Source of the DNA: Eledone cirrhosa
Taxonomy: Eukaryota
DNA length: 64,000 nt
NCBI GenBank assembly: GCA_964016885.1
Contig: OZ024750.1
Location: 14,694,001-14,758,000, forward strand
Direction: 5' to 3'
The notes under the pieces are model-generated. The model was not told where the DNA came from and did no database searches. It saw only the letters and a program-made list of their open reading frames with translations. This document shows positions 26,698 through 40,026 of this stretch, one piece after another. The translations under genes and the position numbers were made by a program. Position 1 is the stretch's first letter. Every line of letters begins with the position of its first letter.

Positions 26698-27028
26698 CAC
26701 TAGATATGAAATAAAGTCTCTTGCTTAAAGACACAATGCATCACCCGGTCTGGGAATCATACTAACAACCTCAAGATTGTGATTCCAACTAATATTACAC
26801 CCTACTAGATGTGTAATAAAGTGTTTTGCTTAAGGACACAACACATCACCCGGCCTGAGAATCAAACTCACAACCTCACAATTGTGATTTCAACTAATAT
26901 TACATCCCACTAGATATGAAATAAAGTGTTTTGCTTAAGGACACAACACATCACCCAGCCTGGGATTCATACTCACAACCTCACAATTGTGATTTCAACT
27001 AATATTACATCCTACTAGATATGTAATA
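26698..27028 (-). repeat. About 109-bp tandem triplication of a CORE-SINE head fragment
   Basis: Three copies of ACTAGAT.TG.AATAAAGTGT.TTGCTTAAGGACACAACACATCACCC...ACAACCTCACAATTGTGATT. Confidence 0.75.
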
Positions 27029-27809
27029 TTGGTCTACATACATGGTGGAGCAGAACTGAGCTGATAGAAAAACTGATACCCATCTAATTGGTTACAACAG
27101 AATGTTTGAAGTTTGGATCTGTATTTAAACCTTCTACCAACACTCCTTATTTATTGCTCTATCTCTTCTCCATCAAGCTGCCTCTGTAATAACGGATCAT
27201 ATCAGTTCTGTTCATATTCAATCCCTTCCCCTCTCCCCAATCTTTCTCTCTCCATTTTTATGCACTGATATTCGTTTCTCTCTCACCCTTCTCCATTATT
27301 GATGCTATCCATCTCTCTCTCTCTCTCTCTCTCTACCATTATTCCCTCCCTTACTCATCGCTATCTATCACTCTAGTTCTATTGCTACCCTCCCCCTCCC
27401 TCTATCTTTATTGGTATCCACCACTCACTCCTACTCTTAACATCGCCCATATTTAGTGCTATAAACTACTCTCTCTCTCTCACACACACATTAATCTCTC
27501 CATCATTCATTGCTGCTGTATCTCTATCACATCACTTTCAATACTCCTTTTCCCAACACCCTGTCTCCTTTCTCTCACTCTCTTTTCCTTGGGGCCACTC
27601 ATGGCCACTCACCAATGTAGGCAACAGCACTCCTGCCCAACTGCATGTAATTAAATGAATCTGATATTGTGATTCCAGGCCAGACATCTTCTCACTGCAT
27701 CTCACTGAGTCAGGTGCACCATTCATCCTCACTCTTGGGCCAGATGTAGAGGATCGCTTTCTCAGCCTCTTCCAATAATTTCCAACCAGTTAAAGGCTCC
27801 TTTAGTTAT

Positions 27810-28392
27810 GTCAAGGACATGACAACCTCACTAGTGCTGGTGATCTATACAATAAAAGCACCCAGTACACTCTGTAAAGTTGTTGGTGATAAGAAGAACA
27901 TCTATCTGTAAAAAGCTTGCCAAACAAGGGGTTAAGAGGACCCTTCAGTTTATGTTAAAAGACATAACAACTTCTCCTCTGGACTTGATATGACCATACA
28001 TAAGCGGGATGCAAACCCCTCGGCCTTTCCGGGAAATCAGTAGCCCTGCTTCAGTATTGACTTGGTCTGTGTAGACCTATCCAACCCATCCAATCCTAGA
28101 AAGGAAATCATTATGATCATCACTGTTTTACGTCTATTCTTCCACACTAGCATGGGTTAGACGGGTTGTCCTGTTGTTGACAATGTCAGGTCTGGCTCAT
28201 ACAGAACTGATTTTGGCTTGATTTCTATAGCTGGATGCCCTTTCTAACGCCAACCTCATTTACAGTGGGTGTTGGGTATCTTTTTACCATGGCGCCTTCA
28301 CGACCACTTTACAGTGTGGACTGGGTGCTTTTTTGTCATGACAACTACACAACCACTTTACAGTGGGAGGGTTAAATGATGATGATGATGAT
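27810..28392. mobile_element. RTE-tailed SINE-like elements, tail to tail
   Basis: AAAAGCACCCAGTACACTCTGTAAAG on the plus strand. The reverse-complement tail and AAAGGGCATCCAGCTATAGAAA are on the minus strand. Confidence 0.65.
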
Positions 28393-28719
28393 CTATCTTT
28401 ACAGGGAGACATGATACTTCCCATCTGTTGATTTCACAGTGTTCAACCAATAAAAACCTTCTTGATTTTTTGTTGAAAGCATCATTGACATTAACCACTT
28501 AGGAAACAACCAGCTCTACCATCTTCCTTTCTGTGCACCGGGTCTTTTGGTGGTGAAAAGGGGGATGTAGTATTTGTTGTCCTGGTCAACTGAAACCTAG
28601 CAGGTCTCCTTCCATTTTGGGTCTGTCTTCTTTCTTACAGTGGCTACTTTACAGCATCTTCCTTCTGACCTAAACTTTATCCTGCCCTTCTTCACCACAT
28701 GCAATCTCTTGCCATTTCC

Positions 28720-29058
28720 ATTCTGAGTTCAAATCCCGCCGAGGTTAACTTTGCCTTCATCCTTACGGGGTCGATAAAATAAATTACCAGTAATGCACTG
28801 GGTAATTGCTGGCCTTGTGCCAAAAGTAGAAACAATTATTAATTTTCTTTACTACACTTTGATCTTAACCAAAAGTCATTTGTGTCATTGAGTTACGTCC
28901 CTTTATGTTCTGAGTTCAAATCTCGTCAAGGTTAGCTTTGCCTTTCATCCTCACGGGGGTCGATAAATAAAGCACCAGTAATGCACTGGGATTGATTTAA
29001 TCGATTTTCCCCTACCCCCAAATTTCTGGCCTAGTGCCTAAAGTAGAAACAATTATTA
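28720..29058 (+). mobile_element. Two 5'-truncated family A SINEs
   Basis: 28720-28840 and 28890-29058 each have the B-box, Nin core and AGTAGAAACAATTATT tail. Confidence 0.8.
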
Positions 29059-29399
29059 ATTTTCTTTACCTTCTCTTCCACTGCATCATCCAGTACTTTA
29101 AACATCTAGTTAGGCATTGGTTTCTAGAGAACTGTATCAAAATGGTGTAGATATAGCCACTTTTTCAGAAACTCATGCAATATACCAGTGAAAGTAATAT
29201 CCCCAAGTTTATGTAGAAGCAAATGTCTAGGATAAGGCTATTTCCAAATAACACCAATCTTTTTACCAAGCTACTTGCTAGTTTCTGAATCACTTGGTCT
29301 TGCAGTGTTGTGCAAGCTGTTATTGACTATAAACCCTTGCACAAGCATTGGTGACAGCTGTAATCTAATCTGTATAATCAAGGTGGTGTTACATTCATT

Positions 29400-29738
29400 T
29401 CATTTTCATTTCATTTTACGTTCGCTTTTCCCTGCTTGCAAGGGTAGGATGGGAACTGATTCTGGCTTGAATTCTACAGCTGGATACCCTTCCTAACACC
29501 AACCTCATTTATAGTGAATGCTGGGTGCTTTTTTGCCATGGCACCTCCATGATCACTTTGCAGTGGAATGATATGGACCCCAGTCCCTATCATCTCATTT
29601 CTACAGCTGAGTAAACTGGAGCAATGTGAAATAAAGTGTCTTGCTCAAGGAAACAACCCATCACCCGGGCTGAGAATTGAACTCACAACCTTTCGATTGC
29701 AAGGCCAATGCTCTAACCACTAAGCCATGTGCCTCCAT
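29400..29738 (-). mobile_element. SINE family C, full length
   Basis: GGAGGCACATGGCTTAGTGGTTAGAGC head through CORE block to RTE-like tail, here ending in (ATGAA)n. Confidence 0.85.
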
Positions 29739-29766
29739 ATGTATATATATTATTTCTGATGAAAAG

Positions 29767-29958
29767 TAATGGTGGATTGGCAGTATCGGTAGAAGGTCGG
29801 ACGCCATGCTTTCCAGCATAGTTACGTCCCTTTACGATCTGAGTTCAAATCCCACCAAGGTTGACTTTGCCTTTCATCCTTACGGGGTCGATAAAATAAA
29901 GTACCAGTAATGCACTGGGTAATTTGCTGGCCTTGTGCCTAAAGTAGAAACAATTATT
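29767..29958 (+). mobile_element. SINE family A, full length
   Basis: 18-bp TSD ATTATTTCTGATGAAAAG at 29749-29766 and 29953-29970. Confidence 0.9.
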
Positions 29959-30037
29959 TCTGATGAAAAGACAGTGACGTGTACAGACTTGACAAGCTGG
30001 AGGTATGCAGTTGTTGACCCACACTTATGGTAGCCTT

Positions 30038-30248
30038 TGTATGTATGTATGTATGTATGTATGTATGTATGTATGTATGTATGTATGTATGTATGTATGT
30101 ATGTCTTTATGTATGTATGTATGTAGGTATGTATGTATATATGTATGTATTTATGTATGTTTGTAGTCATGTATGTGTGTGTATGCATGAATGTATGTAT
30201 GTATTTATGTATCTGTGTGTGTGTGTGTGTGTATGTGTGTATGTGTAT
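30038..30248. repeat. (TATG)n/(TG)n microsatellite
   Basis: Direct inspection. Confidence 0.95.
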
Positions 30249-30819
30249 AAGGGAGATAACTGATGTAACCTGTTTGAATCATAATACAACTGTATTTTTT
30301 GTCAAGGGTACATGCTACCCTGACCTGTGTTAAATACTTACTTTATCTCTATCTTTTCAATTCTCCAATCAAGAGTAACAGACAAACACCTTGTCTTCTT
30401 ACTTTCAATTATCATTTTTTTACTGTCACTCACTTTTTATTTGTCAGTTGACAGCCTCTTACTATCATATTATCCCCTTAGTGTGACAGCAAATAAATAC
30501 ACATAGCTAATTATTATAAGATGATTAAGCAATACCTAATATTATTAAAATTATTCCAGAAACTAAAGGAGACAACTCTATCCATGGATTAATCTTATCA
30601 GACACCCTCAATGAATCATAGACTTCACTCTACTGACTGAAGTAATAATTGTTTCTACTTTTGGCACAAGGCCAGCAATTACACCAGCGCATCACTGGTA
30701 CTTTATTTTATCGACCCCGTTAGGATGTAAGTAATAATAAAATAATATCTGAGTTGATGTAGGATATTTTACATGGGTAGGAATAAAAATATGCATATTA
30801 TAGAGAATAAAATAACTGA

Positions 30820-31170
30820 GGGATGCCATGCAGAGCAATTGACACTTCTCATTCACCTTCTAGCAGACATTTAATATTCTAACCTTACAAAAGTCTGGCT
30901 ACAACTAATTATCAGTCTGGATGGAATTAACTGACATTATAGAATATAGGATTGAACTTTTGCTTGGCTCTTGCTGGTCATGTTTCCCACCATGACTAAC
31001 CTGCATGCAAACTGCTTCTCTGGTCATCAAATGCAATGTGGCAAGTAAGATGTTCAAATATAAGCATTGGGACTCTGTTAGCAAGGAAAACTGGCTTCAC
31101 CGGATGGGATCTTCTTGCTGCAATGAAAGATTTGTAAGTCTGGAACAAGAATTTTGTACATGTTTCACAT
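30820..31170 (+). mobile_element. Old RTE-like LINE 3' fragment
   Basis: LAGHVSHHD*PACKLLLWS...LLAAMKDL*VW, similar to 35975-36320. Confidence 0.55.
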
Positions 31171-31229
31171 TTGATATAGAGATGATTTATGAAGAAGAAA
31201 AATAGAATATGGGTGATGGATTGGAAAAA

Positions 31230-31540
31230 TTGTTGGAGTGCTGGATACAATGCTGTGCACTGTTTGTTTCAGTTCTTTACATTCTGAGTTCAAATCCCAC
31301 TGAAGTCTACTTTGGTTTTCATCCTTCTGGGGTCAATAAAATATAGTACCAGTCGAGTATTGGGGTTGATTTAATTGACTTTCTTCTCTGCGCAAAATTT
31401 TTTGCTGGCCGTGTGCTTTTTGCTTTTCATCCTTCTAGGGTCAATAAAATATAGTACCAGTCAAGTACTGGGGTTGATTTAATTGACTTTCTTCTCTGCA
31501 CAAAATTGCTGGCCTTGTGTTTAAATGAGAAGCTATTATG
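31230..31540 (+). mobile_element. Nin SINE with internal duplication of the Nin core
   Basis: TTTTCATCCTTCT.GGGTCAATAAAATATAGTACCAGTC...CAAAATT occurs twice in tandem. Confidence 0.75.
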
Positions 31541-32537
31541 ACACAAGCAAATTAAAAGAACTAGCCTTCTATGTCACAACATTGCTAATGATATATATAA
31601 ATGCATTATATTGAAGATTAATTTTCTAATGGCATTTGGTTATAAGAACACTAATGACACTAGTCTAGCAGAGTACATCCTTCAAGATATTCGCACTCGT
31701 AAGCTAACAAAACACTTGCCACGTTCACAAAGCTGATAACTGCTTGCTGCAGATAATTCTAATTAGTCCTACCTTGTGGTACTTATTTACAGTTAGGTGA
31801 ATTATTCTGTTTGAAAATGAAATGTCTTGACCATTGTTATAGTGTAATGTCAATGAGAGGATGAGAGGAGATAAAAAGTCAACTACACTGCAGCATGTTT
31901 CGTAACATATCGAGACAAATACATCAGCAAGATACAGCTTGAAACAATTGATAGATACATGATTATAGTAACTTAAAGAAATTACTTACTAGCAGTGTCC
32001 TGGTAACCTACAAAATGTTTAAAGGACAAAGCAAAGTAAACTATTTATCAAAATATATATATATATCCAGATTACCATATTACTGGAACAAGAGATTTTT
32101 TTTCTCTTTTACACTCCTCTGTCTTGTCCTCCCTGACATTATGGAAAAGATAGAAAAAATATTATCCTTAGATCTTCCAGCAATCAAATTGAGCCTCTCC
32201 TCTTATCAATAGGTCAAACATACTATTTAGAAGACTATTAAGCTAAGTTTTTAGACTAGCAACATTATCAGTAGATGCTTGATGGTCTTCTTGTCACCTT
32301 CTTTTACCAGTTTACAAAACTATTTATTATATGATATAAGTAAGTTTTCATAATAGCTTTTATATCTTCTTCAACTTTGTCTTTCACACCTGATGTACCC
32401 CTTCCATACACATGCACACACATGTATATCATGACTCATGCACTGTTCATTTTCCTGATGTTTGTACATTACCCTATGTACTATACATACACTTTTTGAT
32501 GAGTTGTAGTGCACCTGAGCACTGTAAACAATATTTC

Positions 32538-33200
32538 ATTATTATTATTATTATTATTATTATCTCCTCCTCCTCCTTCTTCTTCTTCTTCTTCTTCTTC
32601 TTCTTCTTCTTCTTCTTCTTCTTCTTCTTCTTCTTCTTCTTCTTCTTCTTCTTCTTCTTCTTCTTCTTCTTCTTCTTCTTCTTCTTCTTCTTCCAATCTC
32701 CCCTTATCCTTCTCATCCTCATCCTCCTTCCTTCTTATTTCTCCCTAGTTTTTTATAAATATATTTACTATTTTCTCCTATGTATCTTATCTATCCATCT
32801 ATCTATCTACCTGTCTGTCTGTATATCTATTTACCTACCTACCTACCTGGCTGTCTATCTACCTACCTACCTACCTACCTACCTACCTACCTACCTACCT
32901 ACCTACCTACCTACCTACCTATCTATCTATCTATCTATCTACCTATCTATGTACCTACCTACCTATCTATCTGTCTACCTCAATATCCTCCTCTCTCTCT
33001 CATACAGTATATGCTCCTCCCACTAACACTCACTACCCCCTCTCTCTTACATTATATGCCCCCTCCCACTATCACTCACTACCCCCTCTCTCTCTTTTAC
33101 ATTATATGCCCCTTCTCACTATCACTCACTACCCCCTTCTCTTTGTCTTACCTTACATGCCACCTCCCACTATCACTCACTACACCCCCTCTCTCATTTC
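32538..33200. repeat. Compound microsatellite (ATT)n-(CCT)n-(TTC)n, (CTAT/CCTA)n and short tandem units
   Basis: About 39 perfect TTC units at 32577-32693; source of the polyE/K/F/S ORFs. Confidence 0.95.
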
Positions 33201-34189
33201 TCAATCAATATAACCAACATGGGTTATATAACAATTTAGGTAACCCCCCTTTTTCATAATCCTTTCCCTTCTATTGCAATTCTGGCACCACCAAAAAAAA
33301 AAAAAAACAACCCAACGTCTGCTCTGCTAGAGTTTTTTTTTTTAATTTCTTCTCTTCTTTATTTTTAATAACTTTAATTGATTAGTTCTTTAATTAGAGA
33401 ATTCTTTACCTTTTAATACTGTTGGGATCATTTCTGGCCAGTGTTCTATATGGATGAGGAATGAAGTAAATCTATCCCTTCTACCTTACCACATCACTCA
33501 TTCTTGTCCCTTCTCTCATCCTTAATAAAAACTTCATTTATTAATCTTCAATGGAGGGTGGGGGTGGGGTTGGGGGCTAAAATTCGATCTTAGAAAATTC
33601 CAATTTTCTTTAAAATTTTATGAAATTACATCAGTTTAGAAGGTTTTTTTTTTAATTTTTAAATGAAATATAGCATTAATTGTAAGAAAGCTAGTCACCC
33701 CCTCCTCCTTCTCTTCCTCTTCCTCTTCCTCCTCCTCATCATCGCCATCTCCACCTTCCTCCCCTCTTCTTCTTCTTCTTCTTCTATGACAACATGTATC
33801 ACAACATGTATTCCAACATGTTGAGCAACATGCTGCATATATCAGTTAATGGTGTAGAGATATTTGTTTAGTGTTAGTACTAATTCTAACATTACTAATT
33901 TAAATATTTTTCTGCAGTATTTTCCAAGGAATGAGGTTCTTGCCACTGTTGCCACAGCAATGGAGGTGTTGTTGTTTTTGTTGGTTGTTTTTGATATCCT
34001 GGAATTTCGCAAGACAAAAAGCATTTCCAGGAAAATCTAAAATAGTTTAAAACAAACCAGGATCTTGAAATCCATAGATACCAAGATCCTGGAAAAGAAT
34101 CTTTAGTAGCTTGGGTCAAAATGGAGCAATGCTTTGTTGGAATTATAATGTATGGAACTGTACTTTTCTTCAACATGACAAAAAAGTTT

Positions 34190-34560
34190 GTAAACCAGTC
34201 TTGATACTTCTGGTGTCCTTGTCCCTTGGGCTACCTCTCTACTTACCACCATAGGTGCTGAGCTGGCGAGCCGCAGGTTTGAGCATCGCGAGATGGAATG
34301 GCTCTTCCAGAGCATCTCCCTTACCATCATCCGGGGAAATGCTTTCTCCATTCTGTTCACCGGGACCATGAGAGATGGGGTGGGCGAACGAGATGGAGGC
34401 AATGACAGTGGGAGTTCAGCTCCTCTGTGTTCGGACCTGGTGTACATGTATGTGATGGGGGGGGGGAGATGGAGGCAACGACAATGGGAGTGCAGCTCCT
34501 CTGTGTTCGGACCTCGTGTATGTGTATGTGTATGCTTACTGTCTTATCATCTAGAGTCTA
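34190..34560 (+). mobile_element. CRE-like retrotransposon 3' end
   Basis: DTSGVLVPWATSLLTTIGAELASRRFEHREMEWLFQSISLTIIRGNAFSILFT resembles the CRE terminal E(T/S).G.W...LFQRIS.AIQRGNA motif. Confidence 0.8.
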
Positions 34561-34566
34561 GATGAT

Positions 34567-34735
34567 AAGTGGTTCTCAACCTTTTTTACACATGGACCCC
34601 TTTTCCCTTATTTTTTTTGTGGGGGGTGGGGTGGGGGGTGGACCCATCTCATAGCTATTCGATAAAAGAAAAGCTTATTCTATTTTTTGCCTGTGGACCC
34701 CCAGGAATATAACATGGACCCCCTGAGAACCACTA
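34567..34735. mobile_element. hAT (Charlie-like) MITE
   Basis: TIRs AGTGGTTCTCA / TGAGAACCACT with repeated subterminal TGGACCCC motifs. Confidence 0.65.
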
Positions 34736-35417
34736 TTAGACTATATTATTTAGTCAAAATATTATGGTGAAGCTTCTATTTCTATTTCAATGGCTCTTAG
34801 ACATTCATGTTATTTTATGTCATGTAGATTGAATTGGAAGTGGTTTTTTTATGACTTGCAACCCAAGGTAAAGAAAAAAAATGACACCATGACCAAATAA
34901 AGGTATAGAGATAACTTGTTGCTTTTTAATTTCCTTTAATCTTTTTTTATAATAAGCATTAATGTAATCTTTTTTTATAATAAGCATTAATGTTTTCTGT
35001 TTTTTTTTTACTGATGATAATAACCAAACGAGCATGCTTTTCTTAATAACATAAAATATTTAAACTATGGTGGAAATATTGTTTGAATGAAACTATAGCA
35101 GACTTGGAAATATAGTACAGAATAATACATTCAAACAAATGAGAAATGAAGGAAATAACACAATATTACGACAGCATGATGAGAACAGATAAATAACAGC
35201 TACAACTGGTGTTATTTGAAATCATGAAATGTTTGTTTTAGTCTCAATATATAATGTCACATGGTAAATATTATTTTAGTTTGATATCATTTGGGATGAA
35301 TTTTTGATGTCATGAATGTAAAAAATATATTTGTCAGCAGCAGGGTGATGCTGCCAAAGGTTTGCCAGGAAAATGTCACACCATAAAAGCTTTTAGTACT
35401 TTTACTGATTATATAAT

Positions 35418-35635
35418 GGATTCTTATATAGGCACAAGGCCAGCAATTTCGGGGTAGTGGAAAGTCGATTAAATCGACCCCAGTACGTTACTGATGCTTT
35501 ATTTTATCGACCCCGTAAGGATGAAAGCCAAAGTTAGCCTCAGCAGGATTTGAACTCAGACTGAAAAGGACTGTAACTCTATGCTGCAAAGCATGCCGTC
35601 TGACCCTCTACTGATACTGCCAATTTACTGCCTTC
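35418..35635 (-). mobile_element. Nin SINE, full length
   Basis: Flanked by the direct repeat CTTTACTGATTATATA. Confidence 0.85.
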
Positions 35636-35718
35636 TTTACTGATTATATAATAATTTCACAATGAGGTTATTCAAAGCAATGGGTGAGTTCATTCTCTAC
35701 AGATGTGAGTCATGGACA

Positions 35719-35974
35719 TTAGCCTGTTGACTGCCACATATATTTTACACAGCTACAGTTGCTGTGCCTGGGTTTTTTTCCAGTAAAATGACTATTTTTT
35801 TTAAACAAACATTTATTAACAACACTTATCTGAATGATTGACAAATGTCACATCAAATAAACTAGTAACTCCATCTAGCTTTGAAGTTATGAACTGTTGG
35901 AAAAGAGTTCAAACATGTTAGGGAAAGTTATCTTGTCTGTGGCACTGGAATGCATACAGCACTGAAGAGGTTAA
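35719..35974 (-). mobile_element. TTAA-type MITE family 2
   Basis: Ends TTAGCCTGTTGACTGC...GCACTGAAGAGGTTAA. Homologous to 55919-56234 and 62883-63482. Confidence 0.8.
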
Positions 35975-36320
35975 CAAAAACATTCACAAAGAAGATTAAG
36001 GGCATGTACACATGAATTCTGAGAAAGGTCCAGAACATATCCTGGAGATCACACGTAGCAAATAAATCATTCTATGGTTCACACCTTCACCTCTCTGACA
36101 TCATAAGGTGACAGAGATTCGTATTAGCTGGGCATGTGAAATGTCACAATGAACCTGCTGGCAGAGTTCGTTTCTGGAAACCAGATGATTGCAGATAAGT
36201 TGGGAGACCAAACATTACACTGAAGGATGTTCCTGAAGATGTCACCAAGTTGGAGCCAAGGGAACTTCAGAGGGCAATGCTGGAGATGGCGAGCTGGAGG
36301 AGGAACTTTGTCATGGCACT
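35975..36320 (+). mobile_element. RTE-like LINE 3' fragment
   Basis: KGMYT*ILRKVQNISWRSHVANKSFYG..LSDIIR*QRFVLAGHVKCHNEPA..FWKP...GRP. Confidence 0.75.
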
Positions 36321-36814
36321 TTACTGATAGTGACAATCATTTAACTGTGGCCATGTTCGAGCACTGCCTTAAATGGACTTAGCCTATCATGGTTCTTATT
36401 TTATCAACCTCATTTTGTTGAACCATTAAGTTATAGGTCATAAATACAGACATGGACACACACACACAAATACACACATACACACACAAATATATATATA
36501 TATTTGTAGGCTTATGTAGTTTCTGTCAATTAAATTCCACTCACAAGGTATTGGTCAGCCCAAGACTATAGTAGAGGACACATGAACAAGGTACCATTTA
36601 GTGGGAGTGAACCTGGAACCATATGTTTCCCAAACAAACTCCTTAACCATACAGCCATGCCTGTACCTATAGAGAAAAATAAAATACAATCTCTTCTTTT
36701 GCTTCATATATATATATATATTTCGGACTGGATGTTGTGGTACCAACATAACTTCACATTTAAGGGGGTGGTGTGGATGGGGTGGGTTAGTGGGACAGTA
36801 TATATATTATAAAG

Positions 36815-37045
36815 CTCTGCCTTCTTTATTTGAAGAAGAAGGCAAATTTCTTCTTGGTGTCAAATAGAAAATCCTTATTTTGCTTTCATCTTTAATTTAT
36901 AAAGTTCGGACTTCTTTATTTGAGGAAGAAGGCAAATTTGTTCTTGGTGTGAAATAGAAAATTTTTATCTTGCTTTTGTCTTTAATTTATAAAGGTTTGC
37001 CTTGTTTTTGTTTCTCTGTAACAAGGTAAATTCCTTCTTGGTATG
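36815..37045. repeat. About 90-bp tandem repeat, about 2.5 copies
   Basis: CTTCTTTATTTGA.GAAGAAGGCAAATTT..TCTTGGTGT..AATAGAAAAT repeated. Confidence 0.65.
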
Positions 37046-37876
37046 TTTCTACAGAAATCCGTTGTTTTCATTTTCATTTCCTTTTACACCTTATTAAACT
37101 GTGTCATCATATTTCCCATATTTGTATGTTTACTATAGTCTCAAAACTTCATTCCAACTCACAACCACTTATTAATAGGCTTTTCCGGCTTATCTTGTTG
37201 CTAATATCATTATTATTGGTTGATCACTAATGCAGTGATGTCATCTTCACAGTTTCTCCTTACAACTCAAGCTTTTTATTTTATTTTTATTTTCATCTTT
37301 TCTAAACCCTCCCCCTTCACTCATTATCCTTTCCAAACCTCTAATCCTCCTTTAACTTTTTATACTTTTTTTTTTTAAATTTATTTTAGTTACAATTCGC
37401 CCCCTTTCTCAAATTAAAAGAAATTCAAGAAATTTTTACCCTAGAAAATTCAGAAATGACAATGTTTTGGAAAATATTTGTCATTTTTTGTGACAATTTA
37501 CTGAACAATGATATTCTAAAAGAAGAACAGTGTTTATTAGATGAGTAATTTTAGGAAAACAATAAAAATACGACTTGAAGGAAAATTGAACTAATAGGTC
37601 TCCTCTCATGTTGCTTCTGCCCCCTCTTTCATTTTTAATCTTGCATCTGATTTTCAGTCGCTTACATCCATTTTACCTCCTGCCCTCTTCAATTTTTTCT
37701 ACATTCTTTCTCTTTACACCCATTTTTTTCTATTCCCTCTATATCCTTCTCTTTATCCTTCTCTCTTTTTCTCTCACTCCTCTTCTGCTACTTCTTCTCT
37801 TTCACTTACATTTTCTATAAAGTACTTTCTATAAAGTATTTTCTATAAAGTACTTTCAGCTGTTATCCTGGAATAA

Positions 37877-37922
37877 GTGTCTACTGAAGATGGATAAAAC
37901 TCCGGAAATTTGTATACAGCAT
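37877..37922 (+). ncRNA. Degenerate hammerhead-ribozyme motif (Penelope-type relic)
   Basis: CTGAAGA-TGGA taaaac TCCG-GAAA-T ttgt A-TA. Stem I is mismatched. Confidence 0.35.
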
Positions 37923-39133
37923 TCCTACATGAATACTGAGGTAGCTGTGATATGATCATAAACATGCATTGATATGCTCTGACACTCTGTTAGTTCTGAT
38001 AACGAGTGTTACAGTTTGTTCATTGTAACAAGTCTGCTTATGATATTAAAGGAAAGGTTGCTGAGAATTCCATTGGACATATTCATATTGGAGATTCAGA
38101 ATGGCACAGTGTTTGACAAGGCTTGAATTGTAGATATAGCTCATTTTTGCCAGTTGAGTAGACTGGAGTAATGTGAATTAAAGTGACTTGCTCAAGAATT
38201 TGCTTTCCATACTGGCATATACATATATACATATATACATTTATAAGTATGTAAATATGGATGGACAAATGTATGCATGTATATGGATGTAGATCTAAGT
38301 AGGCATGCATGCCTAAAAATAAAGTAGCAGTAATACACTGGGCTAATTGCTGGCCTTGTGCCAAAAGTAGAAACAATTATTAAAAATAGTTAGTTATCTT
38401 CATTTTGTTATCTATTATAATAGTCCTTGATGTCTCAATAGGAAACTACAAAAATAAAGTCCTTAGTATTATATATTTGGTAGTAATTTCCTACTTTAGT
38501 TTGTTAATTGTAAATACAGTATAATTCCTTGAAATAGTTATCTCATTTTATCATACTAGCCTAGATTTTGGGAGAGTTTTAATTAGCCTTTATTCACCAG
38601 AATGGTGTAGATTCAGAAAGCTAAATAGTTAGAATTAGCCAATGACAAATACAATTTCTGAAGACTTATTGTAGCATGGGACTTATTTAACAAAACCTGG
38701 AAGTGGTCATCAAAATACTTTCAGTTGATCCTCAAACTCAACATGTCATATAGAGATATATATAGTTAAGGGTTAATTTCGTAGTGACTGTTTATCCTTA
38801 TTTCAACAAACCTTCAGAAGATAACTTTGGCTCAATCTGAATCTACAGTAAAGGCTTATACAATTTCATCATCACAGTCAAATATCAACGAAGATATAAA
38901 AAAATTCAATATGTGGTAAACATAACATCTACATAGATTGTAGCACATATACAAATAGATGTGTGTTTTGTTAGTTTATGAGAAAAATATAATTATGTCA
39001 CATATTAACATATATATGTTTCATGGCTGATATCATTGACTAAACAATAACAAAAAATAAAGACAGTAGAGATTCATTGGTCTATATATTTCTAGGTTAG
39101 TCATTCTCTTTCCGATACCCTACCCTCACAATA

Positions 39134-39480
39134 GGCAGTGAATTGACAGAGTCATTAGAATGTCAGATAGAATGCTTTATGGTATTTGTTATGGTTCTCT
39201 GATCTCTGAGTTCAAATCCCGCTGAGGTCAACTTTGCCTTTCATCCTTTCGAGGTCAATAAAAAAAAGTACCAGTCTAGTACTGGGGTCAATTTTTCCTC
39301 TATACCTCTTTCTCATTTCCTCTCTCTCACTTTCTATCTTTCTCTGGAAGAAATCTGTTGTACTCAGACCTGGAGAAGGATGGGCTTCGCCAGGCTTAAA
39401 ATGCCCAAGAAATGCTGTATGTCAATAAGGCGCCGCTACGACTGACTCTATCAGGAGTTGCAGGACCATACAATACAATA
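39134..39480 (+). mobile_element. SINE family B, full length
   Basis: TSD ATACCCTACCCT..CAATA at 39115-39133 and 39478-39496 (2 mismatches); (ACAAT)n end. Confidence 0.85.
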
Positions 39481-39982
39481 CCCTACCCTTGCAATATTTC
39501 ATGGACATTTTGATGTGTCTGCAAAATTGGAGCCCCTTGTATAAATAACCTTTTTTCATTTGATGACTTTCCGTAACTATAGTTATTGTATTATATTATT
39601 TTTATGTTTCACAGTGGTTTGAGAAAATTTGTTTTGCATGGAGCCAAGAAACATTCCAGACCATGTTATCTATGAGTTGCCCTTTATAACAAGCAAAGGA
39701 GTGGGTTTAATCTATTCTTCTTCTAGGTCAGTCTTAATAAGCAACAACTAAGTTCAATATAAAACATCTATCTCAATTTCACCTACATTATATAGTGATA
39801 TTTTATCATTATAATTGTATCTTCTATTCTTACAAAATACATTCTAAACATCATAAGCCTGTGTGAACAATAAAAGCAGCCACGATCATTTCAAATTACT
39901 ATACTTCAAATCCATAACAAATTTTAATTTACACACACATTTACATGTATGTGTGTGTGTGTGTATGTATTTATGTATGTAA

Positions 39983-40021
<39 letters not shown>

Positions 40022-40026
<5 letters not shown>

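Noticed and set aside
29700-29860. tRNA-like A/B boxes
   Set aside because: These are SINE heads continuing into CORE or Nin domains, with no complete cloverleaf.
39615-39726. Plus-strand exon-like segment (MEPRNIPDHVIYELPFITSKGVGLIYSS)
   Set aside because: The acceptor and donor are plausible, but all three frames contain a stop, and there is no recognisable homology or linked coding exon.
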